This document shows positions 11,052-24,360 of a DNA stretch of 64,000 nt, piece by piece (within the stretch, counting starts at the first letter, position 1; every line of letters begins with the position of its first letter). A program made the translations under genes and the position numbers. Below the pieces are notes generated by a model. It worked only from the letters and a program-made list of their open reading frames with translations. It did no database searches and was not told where the DNA came from. This DNA comes from Clostridiales bacterium (lineage in GTDB: Bacteria; Bacillota; Clostridia; TANB77; CAG-508). The DNA is taken from the NCBI GenBank assembly GCA_019417465.1, contig DXVF01000003.1, forward strand, positions 47,022 to 111,021, read 5' to 3'.

Positions 11052-12422
11052 TTATCTTGCATTTCTGTCTTTTTTCTTTGTTTTACTAATATCTTCTTGC
11101 CCTTTTTTCATCTGTTGTTCAATCTTTATAACTTCTTTAATCTTTGGTGTATCTTCTAAAATATAGTTTGCTGTTTTTAAATTTTTTCTATACTTATTTA
11201 ACATTGTAGTGCATTCATCTCGTTTTATTTTATATTCCTTTATTAAATTATCAACTTTACAATTTCTCAGCTTATTTCTGTATTTTTGCCTTAAATTAGT
11301 AACATCTTCAATATCTTTTTCAGTTTGTGAAATATAACTTTTTACATCTTCTGTTGTTTTTAGTTTTTCTGTTACAATAAGTCTAATTTCATTAGAATAT
11401 CGTTCCATTTTTCTTACTTCTTGTTTCATTTCTGGAGATAGTGGCTTATAGCTTTCTCGTTTTGGTAATAGTCCTAATAAATGAAATAATAATAGAAAAA
11501 GTACATCAATCCCATTCATTTTACTAATATCTTTGAATTTTCCTTTATATTTGTAAACTTTGTATTTTTGCTTTTTGTTTTTAGGATGTATATATTCCAT
11601 ATATCTATTTTGATAATAATATGGATTGTGTTCAACTTTATTAGCAATATTCTTTGGTAAATATTGCTCTCCTAAATGATACATTCTTACTGTTTGTTTA
11701 TCATTTATTGAACGGATTGTTGGATATTTTCTATTATAATCATCATTGATTATATAACCTTTTTTAAGCATTATCTTTTTAAATTGCCCATAATTTATAC
11801 ACATTTCCATTGTTTCATTAATAACTTGCCTCATTACATTATACTTTGTTGGTTCTCCTCGTTTTTCTGCAAAATATATACTTCTTGGTGTTTTTCCTGT
11901 TGGCTTTTCAATAACTGTTAGTCCGTATTCTCTACATAGTTCATCTGATAACTCTCTGAAACGATAATATGCTCCTTTATTACAATTAAACTTTTTGCCC
12001 GTAAATATATTAACTGAATTTACTACAAAATGGTTATGATATGTGCCTGTATTGAAATGAGTTGCAACTACTACTTGATATTCACTCCACATTTTTTCTG
12101 CTAGTTCTACTCCAATTTTGTGTGCTAATTCTGGCGATATTTCTCCTGTTTTGAAACTTTGGTATGCGTGATAAGCAACATTTCCTGTACATTTATCAAA
12201 TCTATTTTGAACTAGCGTCATTTCTTCATAAGCTGTTTTTGCTTTACAATTTACTCCTGTTACATACATAGTTTTTTCATTTTTATCAATAGTTTTCTCT
12301 TCATCTTCTGCATATTTTAATACTTGTTTTAAATCAGAAAATGTTGTTTTTTCTGGATTTTTTGCATAGTTTATTACTCGAGATATGCTATCTTTAATTG
12401 CCCATATTTTTGTTGTTGCCAT
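11052..12422 (-). CDS. Relaxase/mobilization nuclease domain protein
   Basis: N-terminal relaxase domain with the histidine triad THFNTGTYHNHFVVNSV. C-terminal basic coiled coil. Confidence 0.75.
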   Translation of the reverse strand: MATTKIWAIKDSISRVINYAKNPEKTTFSDLKQVLKYAEDEEKTIDKNEKTMYVTGVNCKAKTAYEEMTLVQNRFDKCTGNVAYHAYQSFKTGEISPELAHKIGVELAEKMWSEYQVVVATHFNTGTYHNHFVVNSVNIFTGKKFNCNKGAYYRFRELSDELCREYGLTVIEKPTGKTPRSIYFAEKRGEPTKYNVMRQVINETMEMCINYGQFKKIMLKKGYIINDDYNRKYPTIRSINDKQTVRMYHLGEQYLPKNIANKVEHNPYYYQNRYMEYIHPKNKKQKYKVYKYKGKFKDISKMNGIDVLFLLLFHLLGLLPKRESYKPLSPEMKQEVRKMERYSNEIRLIVTEKLKTTEDVKSYISQTEKDIEDVTNLRQKYRNKLRNCKVDNLIKEYKIKRDECTTMLNKYRKNLKTANYILEDTPKIKEVIKIEQQMKKGQEDISKTKKKDRNAR

Positions 12423-12714
12423 TTACATCATCTCCGTTTTTATAATTATATATATCCAAAAAATCACTTTGCATTTTTGTTATTTTTTCTTTTATTTCTT
12501 CAACATTCATATAAGAAATTTCATTTTTTAATTCAACAATTCCTGTATAAATTTTATAAATTCTTTCATCTGGTATTGCATAAATTTCTTGTTTCAAGCC
12601 TGATTTTCTTAAATAAGCTGATAAATTTAATCCACTCTTTTTAGCATTTCTTTTTAATTTTTTCTTCTCGCTTTCACTTACTCTAACATTAATTCCTATT
12701 GTTCTATTTCTCAT
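12394..12714 (-). CDS. mobC: MobC-type relaxosome accessory protein
   Basis: NVRVSESEKKKLKRNAKKSGLNLSAYLRKSGL is a typical MobC/ribbon-helix-helix motif. The gene overlaps the relaxase start. Confidence 0.6.
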   Translation of the reverse strand: MRNRTIGINVRVSESEKKKLKRNAKKSGLNLSAYLRKSGLKQEIYAIPDERIYKIYTGIVELKNEISYMNVEEIKEKITKMQSDFLDIYNYKNGDDVNGNNKNMGN

Positions 12715-12829
12715 AATTTTTCACTTCCTTTTTATTTCATTTTTTATAAAATCTTTCTTAAAATCTTTCTATCTTTTATTTAATTTTAATTCTTATTTTT
12801 AATTTTTTCCTTTTATAAAAGTAGGGGTT

Positions 12830-12888
12830 AAAGGGGATAAGAATCCCCTTTCAGCGTAAGTTGTCGGTTTTTGTGGCAACACAAAACC
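12830..12888 (-). promoter_or_regulatory. Putative oriT of element B (two inverted repeats upstream of mobC)
   Basis: aaaggggat/atccccttt at 12830-12851 and ggtttttgtg/cacaaaacc at 12866-12888. This GC-richer patch lies in the mobC-tnpV intergenic region. Confidence 0.35.
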
Positions 12889-12957
12889 TATGCTCGCTAC
12901 ACTTATAGACATTAAATTTGGCTATACATTTGGCTGTTTGCTCCTATTAGCATTTTC

Positions 12958-13338
12958 TTATACATATATTAGTTCATTTAGTACAATTTCTTCTGCCACG
13001 TTTTTAAAATTATTCATCATAGATACCCAATATAATTGGTTTGTATTTTTCATTTCTTCTGTTATATTATTTTGCTTTTTTAATTGCTCAATTATAATAT
13101 CAATTCTTTCTTGTGCTGTTTCTTGAATCTCTTTTAAATGTTTATTCAAACTTCCATTCATAAACATTATTGCATATTCTGCTTTTTTATTTTCTTTTAG
13201 AAATTTTAATCTCATTCTTCCATATTTATTTAATATAATTTTTTCTTCTTTCTCTAAAACTAAATTAGGCATATAATAATCTCCAACCTTTGTATATTCA
13301 ATTCCATATTTATTTTCTTTTACTTCTTTATTTTCCAT
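12958..13338 (-). CDS. tnpV: TnpV-like transposon-associated protein
   Basis: YTKVGDYYMPNLVL...KYGRMRLKFLKENKKAEY...LNKHLKEIQETAQERID...VSMMNNFKNVAEEIVLNELIYV matches the TnpV family of Tn4451-like elements. ATG at 13338 follows GGAGGAA. Confidence 0.65.
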   Translation of the reverse strand: MENKEVKENKYGIEYTKVGDYYMPNLVLEKEEKIILNKYGRMRLKFLKENKKAEYAIMFMNGSLNKHLKEIQETAQERIDIIIEQLKKQNNITEEMKNTNQLYWVSMMNNFKNVAEEIVLNELIYV

Positions 13339-13358
13339 TTCCAATTCCTCCAAATTTC

Positions 13359-15213
<1,855 letters not shown>

Positions 15214-15381
15214 TTAGAAAGACACTAAAAAAGTGCCACATAGCATATTTACCTTTGCTATTGACACTTTAAAGTTTTTATTTTTTGTTTTAACTATCTC
15301 TATTTTCCTATTTCTAAATACAATTAATAAATCAATATAGTACAATTTTTAAAAACTCTAAAATATCAATGCTTTGGCTTG

Positions 15382-15684
<303 letters not shown>

Positions 15685-15801
15685 TCAAAAAAAGACCGCT
15701 TCATTTTTTGAAACGGTTTAAAGTTTTTGTGTTGTCAAATTCTCATAATCTTGAAATTAAGTTATATCAAGTATTATAGAGAGTTCGACAAAAACTCGTC
15801 T

Positions 15802-16159
15802 TGGTGGAGGTGAGGAGAGTCGAACTCCTGTCCAATAACTCTTCCATACAAATTTCTCCGAGTGCAGTTTGTTATTTATATTCCTTAAAAATACGTAAAC
15901 AAACATACTTACTTTTAAGTATCTATATAAATACCCCCTATTTTCTATAGAAAAAAATAGCTTCGTTTCCCACTAAATCGTCGCCTTATTCAAAAACGTG
16001 GGCATTAATGATAAGACGTCGCCGCAAATTTAAGCAGCGTATGCTAATTCGTTATTATCAGCGTTTATATTTATTTTTGCTTTTTTATAGTGGCCAAAGC
16101 AACCATCCACTACTCGCTATTTGTACTTCTAAATTACTGTCGAAACCAATTACACCCCC
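15802..16159 (-). ncRNA. ssrA: tmRNA (SsrA)
   Basis: The minus strand begins GGGGGTGTAATTGGTTTCGACAG and ends GGACAGGAGTTCGACTCTCCTCACCTCCACCA (tRNA-Ala-like acceptor and T arm with CCA). The internal tag frame GCT GAT AAT AAC GAA TTA GCA TAC GCT GCT TAA gives an ADNNELAYAA-type tag; the resume codon is inferred. Confidence 0.9.
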
Positions 16160-16270
16160 ATATAATTAGAAAATGGTATAACATTAATGCTCTCAATTTC
16201 CATTAAACTATTGCCATATTACTATTATATACGAATTTTATAAAATTTACAATGTTTTTTTCTTTTTTGC

Positions 16271-16299
16271 TTGCATCTTATTTTTGTTTATGCTATTAT
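16271..16299 (+). promoter_or_regulatory. Putative promoter of tRNA-Trp (TTGCAT-17-TATTAT)
   Basis: -35 at 16271-16276 and -10 at 16294-16299, about 17 nt upstream of the tRNA 5' end. Confidence 0.5.
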
Positions 16300-16315
16300 A
16301 GTGTATGTAGCACTT

Positions 16316-16391
16316 AGGGGTATAGTGTCAATGGTTAGCACGATGGTCTCCAAAACCACAAGTCTGAGTTCGAATCTTAGTACCCCTGCCA
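16316..16391 (+). tRNA. trnW: tRNA-Trp (anticodon CCA)
   Basis: Folds manually into a cloverleaf. Acceptor AGGGGTA/TACCCCT, normal 7-nt anticodon loop CTCCAAA, T arm CTGAG-TTCGAAT-CTTAG, discriminator G and encoded CCA. Confidence 0.9.
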
Positions 16392-16395
16392 AAAA

Positions 16396-16428
16396 AAGAT
16401 TAGAACTAAAAAGTTCTAATCTTTTTTA
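16396..16428 (+). terminator. Rho-independent terminator after tRNA-Trp
   Basis: aagattagaac / gttctaatctt stem followed by TTTTT. Confidence 0.7.
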
Positions 16429-16479
16429 TAATAAAAAATTTCAAGTGTAGAGTAAAAATTCAACAAAAGAGGTATTTAT

Positions 16480-16896
16480 ATGGAAAAATTAATCGGTTTA
16501 ATAAAAAAAGTTTGTACTAAAGAAGTAATTTTTTATGGATTATTTGGTATTCTTACAACAGTAATTAATATTGGAATATTCTATTTACTATCAAATTTTA
16601 TACATCTTGAAGAAAATCTTTCTAATAATATTGCTATTATCACAGCTGTATTATTCGCATATTTTACTAATAGAAAATTAGTATTTAATTCAACTGCATC
16701 TAATTTTAGAGAAAAGCTAGCTGAATTTGGTAAATTTATTTTAGGAAGATTATTTACTATGGTCATAGAATCAGCAGGATTCTTTTTACTATTTAATGTT
16801 TTACATATTCAAGAATTAATAAGTAAAACAACTATAACTGTTATAGTTATTATATTAAACTTTTTTATTAGTAAATTTTTTGCTTTTAAAAAATAA
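16480..16896 (+). CDS. GtrA-family membrane protein
   Basis: 138 aa with four hydrophobic helices. The FYGLFGILTTVINIGIFYLL ... AYFTNRKLVF pattern is typical of GtrA-like proteins. Confidence 0.65.
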   Translation: MEKLIGLIKKVCTKEVIFYGLFGILTTVINIGIFYLLSNFIHLEENLSNNIAIITAVLFAYFTNRKLVFNSTASNFREKLAEFGKFILGRLFTMVIESAGFFLLFNVLHIQELISKTTITVIVIILNFFISKFFAFKK

Positions 16897-16954
16897 TTTT
16901 ATAAAGCAATTTAATATTTCGGGGGCTACTAGAAAATTTTAAGGAGGTAATCTT

Positions 16955-17578
16955 ATGTCTAGTAGTTTTTTTAAACATTTTTATTTTATAATTATTTTAA
17001 TTTTTTCTGTTCCTCTATTAATTAATTTCTTTTTTATTCCAACAATTGCAAGTAATGAAAATCAAGAAATATTTAAAAATATCTCTTATAATACTAATTC
17101 TACTACACAAACTTATAGTATGGAAATAAATACTAATGGATTTACATGGCCACTTCCAGGATATAGATATATCTCTTCACCTTTTGGCAAGAGAAAGTCA
17201 CCAACTAAAGGAGCTTCTTATTATCATGCAGGAATTGATATTCCCGCACCACCGGGAACTAATATCTTTTCTGCTGAATCTGGCACAGTTATCCTTGCAC
17301 AATTTAGTGGTTCTGGTGGATGCACAGTTATTGTAAGTTCTGGTTCATACCAATTTACTTATTGCCACGTTTCACCTAGTTTCTTAGTTCGTCAAAATCA
17401 ATATGTAAATAAAGGTGAATTAATAGCAAATGTAGGTCCTAAAAATGTTTATGATTTTTCTAATAATCCTTATAAAGATTCAAATGGTAATCCTACAAAT
17501 GGTGCTACAACAGGACCTCATCTACATTTTGCCATAAAAAAAGACGGCACAGCCGTCAATCCATTAAACTATTTTTAA
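16955..17578 (+). CDS. M23 (LytM) family metallopeptidase with N-terminal membrane anchor
   Basis: HAGIDI motif and the PHLHFAI (HxH) motif. RBS AAGGAGG. Confidence 0.8.
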   Translation: MSSSFFKHFYFIIILIFSVPLLINFFFIPTIASNENQEIFKNISYNTNSTTQTYSMEINTNGFTWPLPGYRYISSPFGKRKSPTKGASYYHAGIDIPAPPGTNIFSAESGTVILAQFSGSGGCTVIVSSGSYQFTYCHVSPSFLVRQNQYVNKGELIANVGPKNVYDFSNNPYKDSNGNPTNGATTGPHLHFAIKKDGTAVNPLNYF

Positions 17579-17580
17579 TT

Positions 17581-18090
17581 TTACATATCATCTTCATCAT
17601 CTAATTCAATCTCATCATTATCTTCTAGATCATCTTCACTTTCAATATATGCACATCCTGCACAAGATGAACAACTTCCATTGCAAGATTCCTCTTCATT
17701 CCAGTCTAATTCTATAGTATTATGACATTCTGGACATTCAATTTCTTGATTTACATTTGTTTCTACATTTGATACAAATACATTGTTACAATAAGGACAA
17801 ACTATTTCAAATTCATAATCTTCATCTTCATTGTATTCATCATAAATGTCACTTTTCATATCTTCTACTACATCTTGTATCTTATTTAATTTTTGCTCTA
17901 GATTTTTTTGACTTTCTTCTAAATCATTTATTTTTGACTCAGAATACTTAGACATATTATCAAACATACTCATAAACATTGTAGATATCTCATTTATTTT
18001 ATCTTTAACAAATTTTAAGTCTTCTTCATTTTGTATGTTATTTTCGATTTCCTCTATGATTTTATCATATTTTTTTATAAATTCAGACAT
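17581..18090 (-). CDS. Acidic coiled-coil / zinc-ribbon protein of unknown function
   Basis: CPYC...CPEC zinc ribbon, a Cys-rich CNGSCSSCAGC segment and an Asp/Glu tail. It sits next to efp, as small conserved genes do in other Clostridia; family assignment is uncertain. Confidence 0.5.
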   Translation of the reverse strand: MSEFIKKYDKIIEEIENNIQNEEDLKFVKDKINEISTMFMSMFDNMSKYSESKINDLEESQKNLEQKLNKIQDVVEDMKSDIYDEYNEDEDYEFEIVCPYCNNVFVSNVETNVNQEIECPECHNTIELDWNEEESCNGSCSSCAGCAYIESEDDLEDNDEIELDDEDDM

Positions 18091-18107
18091 GTAAAGCTTC
18101 CTTTCTC

Positions 18108-18674
18108 CTATACTCTTTCCATATATTCGCCTGTTCTAGTGTCTATTTTTATGATATCTCCTATATTAACAAATAGTGGAACATTAATTGTATATCCGTT
18201 TTCTAATGTTGCTGGTTTTCCAGATGTAGTTGTTGTATTTCCAGCAAATCCTGGTTCTGTATATGTAACTTGTAATTCAACAAACATTGGAGGTTCTACT
18301 GCAAAGACTTTTCCTTTAAAAGATAATATTTTCACATTCATATTTTCTTTTATATATTTTAAACTATCACCTAATTGTTCTTTATTTAAAGGCATTTGTT
18401 CATAAGTTTCATTATCCATAAAATAGTATAATTCTTCATCATTGTACAAATATTGCATTTCTCTTTTTTCTATTTCTGCACCTGGATATTTTTCAGATGG
18501 GTTAAATGTTTTTTCTAAAACTGCTCCTGATATTACATTTTTTAATTTTGTTCTAACAAAAGCGGCTCCCTTTCCTGGTTTTACATGTTGAAACTCTACT
18601 ACTTTATATACATTTCCATCCATTTCGAATGTTGTTCCATTTCTAAAATCTCCTGCCATATATACTTCTGCCAT
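18108..18674 (-). CDS. efp: Elongation factor P
   Basis: [39 protein letters not shown] is the canonical EF-P N-terminus. ATG at 18674 follows AAAGGGGAA. Confidence 0.9.
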   Translation of the reverse strand: MAEVYMAGDFRNGTTFEMDGNVYKVVEFQHVKPGKGAAFVRTKLKNVISGAVLEKTFNPSEKYPGAEIEKREMQYLYNDEELYYFMDNETYEQMPLNKEQLGDSLKYIKENMNVKILSFKGKVFAVEPPMFVELQVTYTEPGFAGNTTTTSGKPATLENGYTINVPLFVNIGDIIKIDTRTGEYMERV

Positions 18675-18832
18675 TATTATTTCCCCTTTCAAAAAAATTA
18701 TTTATATTTATCATATTTTTATATAATACACTATTTTTACTTAAAAATCAATAGTTTGAATATAATTAACATTTTTATATATTTTGTTGACTTTTTATAA
18801 TAATTTAACATACTTTAAATAAAATCTAAAAA

Positions 18833-19904
18833 CTACACTCTATCTACCACAATATAATCCCTACAAGATTTAGTTAAACTTTCACATCCATATTTAGTTA
18901 TTAATATTGTATCTTCTATCCTTACACCAAATCTATTTGGTATATATATTCCTGGTTCATTCGTGATAACCATTTTTTCTTTTAAATTCATATCAACTTT
19001 GCTATTTATATATGGTACCTCGTGAATATCTAATCCCACTCCATGTCCTAGGCTATGAACTAAATCATATCCATTTAATTTAAAATCATTTTCTACTATT
19101 TTAGAAATTGTCCTTATATTGGCACCTTCCTTTAAGCATTCAGTTGTTTGTAACTGATTTTTTAATACTAAATTATATACAGGTTTCACATATTCTGGAA
19201 CATATCCTACAAATATAGTCCTTGTCATATCAGAACAATATCCTTTATATTTACATCCAAAATCTATAGTTATTGGATCTCCCGCTTCTATTTTCTTATC
19301 TGTTGGCACTGCATGTGGCATAGACGAATTTCTTCCAGAAGCTACAATTGAATCAAAAGATACTCCGGTCTGCTCCATTTAATTTAAAAAATCTTTCTAT
19401 CTCTAAAGCTACTTCTTTTTCTGTCATTCCTATTTTTATAAAATCTATCAAATGTTCAAAACAATTATCTGTTATTTTGCAAGCCATTTTTATGTTATCT
19501 ATTTCTTCTTCATCTTTTATCATTCTTTGTTTCTCTATTATTCCTTCTGTTTCTTCAAAATTATTAATTTTATATTTATGAATATATTCTTTGTAACCTG
19601 CATATGTTAAGTAATTTTCTTCAAAGCCTACATTTTCACAATAATTGAAAAAACTTTCATAATCATCTTTTACTATATCTTTAAAATTGCAAACTATTAT
19701 TTCATCATCAATAGTAATTGTACTATTAGCATGTTCTATATATCTTCCATCTGTTATAAATATATTTTCTTTTCTTGTTATTAATAATACTCCCTCTGCA
19801 TCTATATTAGTTAAATACTTAATATTAACAGGATTGCTAACTATCATACCTTGCATATCTAACACTCTTATTGTGTCTCTTAACCATTTTATTTTTGTAT
19901 TCAT
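18833..19904 (-). CDS. M24B Xaa-Pro aminopeptidase/dipeptidase, interrupted once at an in-frame CGG (surplus base 19367/19368)
   Basis: A creatinase-like N domain is followed by the pita-bread domain (HSLGHGVGLDIHE, ITNEPGIY, VRIEDT). The minus strand reads gca gac C gga gta tct ttt gat. Skipping the C gives ...KLNGADGVSFDSIVASG. Confidence 0.8.
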
Positions 19905-19925
19905 AAAAAAACATCACCCTACATT

Positions 19926-20657
19926 TTATTTTTTTATTAGTGATATTGCATTTGCAACAACACCTAATAAAATTTCAAAAGGAACAAATATAATTATTAA
20001 ACTACTTATTACAATGAATGGTCCAAATGGAATATATTCATCAGTTTTCTTTTTCTTTATTAGTAATAATATTATACTAAATATTGAACCTATTAAAAAA
20101 GATATTATTGATATAGCAATTATACTTCTCCATCCAAAAAATAGTCCAATCGCTCCTACTAATTTTACATCTCCAAAACCTATCGCTTCTTTTCCAGATA
20201 TTAATGAGCCTACAAATGTGATAAATAAGAAAATACTAATTCCAACAATCATTCCTAATAAAGAATCTATTGCTACATTTAAATTTGAAATTCCTTGTAT
20301 AAAGCTAAACATTAGTCCAAGTTCAAATATTGTTAAAGTTAAACGATTAGGTATTATTTGTTTCTTGTAGTCTATTAATATTACTGTTATTAACATTGGT
20401 ACCAATAGCATATATGTATATGTTTTTATATTTGATAATCCATAAGTATAAAGTAAAGCCATAAATAAACCAGCATTTATAAACATCAATATGTATTTAG
20501 GCGTTAATTTTTTTAAATATATCTTAAAAAAATCCTTAGAAATTACTTTTTTATATTCACTAAGTCTTATCACACACCAGTCTATAAATTGCCCAATTAT
20601 CATACCTATAAATCCAAATAGAACATAATATAGTATATGTATATCATTAATGTACAT
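19926..20657 (-). CDS. A24-family prepilin (type IV leader) peptidase
   Basis: Polytopic membrane protein with the IPNRLT and GFGDVKL aspartyl-protease motifs. Confidence 0.75.
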   Translation of the reverse strand: MYINDIHILYYVLFGFIGMIIGQFIDWCVIRLSEYKKVISKDFFKIYLKKLTPKYILMFINAGLFMALLYTYGLSNIKTYTYMLLVPMLITVILIDYKKQIIPNRLTLTIFELGLMFSFIQGISNLNVAIDSLLGMIVGISIFLFITFVGSLISGKEAIGFGDVKLVGAIGLFFGWRSIIAISIISFLIGSIFSIILLLIKKKKTDEYIPFGPFIVISSLIIIFVPFEILLGVVANAISLIKK

Positions 20658-20660
20658 TTC

Positions 20661-21174
20661 TTAATTTCCTTTCTCTTCCTTTTCTACTTTTTTTAGATAG
20701 CTTTTAATAATAAAATCTTCTATTGGTCTTTTTATCTTTGTTATAAAAATATCTTTTTCTTTTATTGGTTTCACTAATATAGAAAACATTTTACATCTAT
20801 TGGCTCCTATTATATCTGTCATAATTTGATCTCCTACTGCAGCAATATTTTTTGGTTTCAAATCTAATTTTCTTCTTGCTTTATTAAATCCAAATTTTAA
20901 AGGTTTTTTCCCAAAATAGAAATATGGTACATCAATTTCGCTTGCAACTTTACTTACTTTATCTAATTTGTTACTATTAGAAAGTATACAAAATTTAATT
21001 CCTTCTTTTTTTAAATTTTGTACCCATTCTTTAGTTCCTTTTTGAAAAACTCTATAATAATCTATTAATGTATTATCTACATCTAATATTATTCCTTTTA
21101 TATTGTTTTTTCTTAAATATTCTATTTTTATATCTCTTACACTATCAAAATAACCGTTTGGGATAAAAAAGCAT
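20661..21174 (-). CDS. yqeG: YqeG-family HAD phosphatase, interrupted near the N-terminus at an in-frame CGG (surplus base 21156)
   Basis: AGGAGG precedes ATG at 21174. The minus strand reads atg ctt ttt tat ccc aaa C ggt tat ttt gat. Skipping the C gives MLFYPKGYFDSVRDI...GIILDVDNTL...AVGDQIMTDI (HAD motifs). Confidence 0.75.
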
Positions 21175-21448
21175 ATAATCCTCCTACTCTTCCTAGATTA
21201 TATTACCAATATGTTCATTTTTTGTCAAGGTTTTATAATATGTGTCGTATAATTTTATCAACATTAACTATTTTTGATAATCTATGTGCTATAAAAAGCA
21301 TAGACATTGTTATTTTTAATGCCTATGCTAATTTTTAGTTAATATATTTTTTATTAACATCTACATATATTTATTAATATTATATTTCGTATCTAATATT
21401 ACTATTATTTGCTATTTTAATCTATTTATCATATTATGTCAATAATAT

Positions 21449-22157
21449 TTATTTACAAAATCTATGGCTTCCAATTGTAACTGTTTGTGGCCTTGACCAG
21501 ATCCATTTATTAGTTGCTGTATTTGGATTAAAGTAATATATTGCACCATATGAAGGATCCCATCCATTTAATGCATCCTGTGCAGCTTTTTTAGCTGTAC
21601 TATTTGGAGTTAAGTTAATTTGTCCATCACTTACTACATCAAATGCACCTTTTTCATAAATTACTCCTGCAATTGTATTTGGAAAAGAACTACTTCTTAC
21701 TCTATTTAAAACAACAGCTCCGAACTGCTACTTGTCCAGTATATGGTTCTCCTCTTGCTTCTCCATATATTAATCTACTAAGCAGATTCAAATCATTTGT
21801 GTTGCTTGCAGAACTTCCTCCTGATGTACTAGAAGAGTTAAAAATTCCCATAGCTTCTAAAGTATTTTTACCCGCAATTCCATCTACTACAAGTCCATTT
21901 TTCGATTGAAACCATTTAACAGCAGCTAGTGTCCCGCTTCCATATATTCCGTCGATATTACCACTGTAATATCCCCATCTTTTTAATTTTGTTTGTATTT
22001 GCCTTACTTCATCTCCTCTAGAGCCATATTTAGATAAAGCTAAGATTTCATCATTTCTAAAAAATACATTATAACTAATAAAAAGTGAGAAAACAATTGT
22101 TAGAATTACTCCTATTTTAATCTTACTTTTTGTATTTATATCTATTTTACTTTTCAT
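21449..22157 (-). CDS. sleB: Spore cortex-lytic enzyme (SleB-like: peptidoglycan-binding domain plus SleB/CwlJ hydrolase domain), interrupted at an in-frame CGG (surplus base 21722)
   Basis: PG-binding repeat (VRQIQTKLKRWGYYSGNIDGIYGSGTLAAVKWFQ). The minus strand reads gta gca gtt C gga gct gtt gtt tta aat aga. Skipping the C gives [37 protein letters not shown]..., ending at TAA 21449-21451. Confidence 0.75.
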
Positions 22158-22218
22158 AAAAAATCCACCTCATTTAAGACTATTTTTTCCTAAATAAGGT
22201 GAATTTATACTTTATTTT

Positions 22219-23880
22219 TTAGAAAATACCCGTTATTTCTCCTTTTTCATTAATCTTCATATTTTCTGCAGCAGGAATCTTTGGAAGCCCTGGCATTGTC
22301 ATAATATTTCCTGCCATAGCTACGATAAATTCTGCTCCTACTTTTAATACTACTTCATTTATATGAATTGAAAATGGCTCTTCACATTCTAAGTTTTTTT
22401 GATCATCAGAAAAAGAATATTGTGTTTTTGCTATACATATTGGTAACTTATCATATCCTAATTTTTCTATCATTTCTATAGACTCTTCTGCATTTTTAGA
22501 AAAATCTACACTATTTGCTCCATAAATGTTTTTACATACTTTTTCGATTTTTTCTTTTATTGTATCTTCTAATTCATAAGCATATTTAAAATCATTTTGT
22601 TTATCACTTAAACTTATTACTTTATTTGCTAAATCAATAGCACCACTAGATCCTTTTCCCCAAGATTCAACAAGACTCATTTCTATATTTTCTTTACCTA
22701 GTACCTCTTGTAGATAATTAATCTCTTTATCGCTATCATGATTATATTTATTAATAGCAACTATTACTTGCATTCCAAACTTATTTTTTAAGTTATCTAC
22801 ATGTTTTAATAAATTATGCATACCTTTTTTTAAGCTTTTCATATCTTCTTTTTCTATTTCTTCTTTTGACATTCCACCATGATATTTTAAAGCTTTAATT
22901 GTAGCTACGCAGACTACTACATCAGGATTCTTTTTTAATTTTCTACATTTTATATCTAAAAACTTCTCTGCTCCTAGATCTGCTCCAAAACCAGCTTCTG
23001 TAACAACATAGTCTGAAAGCTTTAAAGACAATTTAGTAGCTACTATACTATTACATCCATGTGCAATATTTGCAAAAGGTCCTCCATGAATTATTGCTGG
23101 TGTATGTTCTAGAGTTTGTACTAAATTAGGATTGAATGCATCTTTTAAAAGAATAGTTAAAGCATCTTCTGCTTTTAACATTTTTACTGTAATAGGTTCA
23201 TTTTTGCTATTATATCCAATTATAATATTACTAATTCTTCTTTTTAAATCTTCTAAATCTTCTGCTAAACAAAAAACTGCCATTATTTCAGATGCAACAG
23301 AAATATCAAATCCATCAGTTCTTGGAACTATCTTTTTTTCTTTTGATAATCCTGTATCTACAACTCTTAACTGTCTATCATTTAAGTCTACACATCTTTT
23401 CCAACTAACAGTTTTTATATCTAATTCATTTCCATGATATATATGATTATCAATTATTGCTGATAATAAATTATTTGCAGATGTTATAGCATGTATATCA
23501 CCATTGAAATGCAAATTAATATCTTCCATTGGAGCAACTTGTGCATATCCTCCCCCAGTAGCACCACCTTTTATTCCAAATACAGGACCTAAAGATGGCT
23601 CTCTTAATGTAACTATTGCCTTTTTTCCTATTTTACTAATTGCATCTGCAAGACCTATTGAAATTGTTGTTTTACCTTCTCCAAGTGGTGTTGGATTAAT
23701 AGCTGTAACTAAAATTAATTTTCCATCTTTTTTATTTTTATTTTTTTCGTATACATTTAGAGGAAGTTTTGCTTTATATCTACCATAACATTCTATTTCA
23801 TCTTCCCTAACATCTAAGTCATAAGCAATTTCATTGATTTTTTTTAGCTTAACTTTTTTTGCAATTTCAATATCTTCCAT
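22219..23880 (-). CDS. fhs: Formate--tetrahydrofolate ligase
   Basis: Full-length 553 aa with PTPLGEGKTT and typical FTHFS conservation throughout. Confidence 0.92.
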   Translation of the reverse strand: MEDIEIAKKVKLKKINEIAYDLDVREDEIECYGRYKAKLPLNVYEKNKNKKDGKLILVTAINPTPLGEGKTTISIGLADAISKIGKKAIVTLREPSLGPVFGIKGGATGGGYAQVAPMEDINLHFNGDIHAITSANNLLSAIIDNHIYHGNELDIKTVSWKRCVDLNDRQLRVVDTGLSKEKKIVPRTDGFDISVASEIMAVFCLAEDLEDLKRRISNIIIGYNSKNEPITVKMLKAEDALTILLKDAFNPNLVQTLEHTPAIIHGGPFANIAHGCNSIVATKLSLKLSDYVVTEAGFGADLGAEKFLDIKCRKLKKNPDVVVCVATIKALKYHGGMSKEEIEKEDMKSLKKGMHNLLKHVDNLKNKFGMQVIVAINKYNHDSDKEINYLQEVLGKENIEMSLVESWGKGSSGAIDLANKVISLSDKQNDFKYAYELEDTIKEKIEKVCKNIYGANSVDFSKNAEESIEMIEKLGYDKLPICIAKTQYSFSDDQKNLECEEPFSIHINEVVLKVGAEFIVAMAGNIMTMPGLPKIPAAENMKINEKGEITGIF

Positions 23881-23894
23881 ACCTTCTTATCTCC

Positions 23895-24327
23895 TTAAAC
23901 TATTATTCCAACAACAATTCCTATTATTGCACCTACTAACACTTGTATAGGAGTATGTCCTAAAACTTCTACTAACCTTTCTGAAACCTCTACTCCTGTA
24001 AGTCCTGGTGTATCTACTATTTTATTTAATATTTTTGCTTGTTTACCAGCAGCTCTTCTAACTCCTGCTGCATCATACATAACAACAAAAGCAAAAATTA
24101 AAGAAATTGCAAAAATAGCACTATCTATTCCATATTCTTTGCCTATCATCGTAGATAAGCTTGTTACAACAGCTGAATGAGAACTTGGCATTCCGGCCTG
24201 CTCCTAAAATTCTTTTAAAATTAAATTTTTTTGTTGTAATTAAATCATAAAAAACTTTAAATAATTGTATAAAAAACCATACAAAAAATGGTACAATAAC
24301 ATATTTATATTGTATAAAAAAATTCAT
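23895..24327 (-). CDS. Divergent PAP2 / DUF212 family membrane protein, interrupted at an in-frame CGG (surplus base 24195/24196)
   Basis: The minus strand reads gga gca ggc C gga atg cca agt tct cat tca. Skipping the C gives ...ILGAGGMPSSHSAVVTSL...GHTPIQVLVGAIIG, the family signature. Confidence 0.65.
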
Positions 24328-24360
24328 TTGTAATATCCCCTTCAAACTTTTAGATAATAC

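Noticed and set aside
16316-16391. The only tRNA in the window as a possible frameshift-suppressor tRNA with an expanded anticodon loop.
   Set aside because: Manual folding gives a normal cloverleaf with a 7-nt anticodon loop CTCCAAA (tRNA-Trp, CCA). Nothing links it to CGG or Gly decoding.
21153-21174. Homopolymer slip in the T6/A6 run at the start of yqeG as the cause of its missing start codon.
   Set aside because: Removing one T would also restore a frame. However, the ATG frame runs straight into aaa CGG tta, and skipping that C gives MLFYPKGYFDS..., exactly the signature seen at the other 22 sites. The CGG explanation is more parsimonious.
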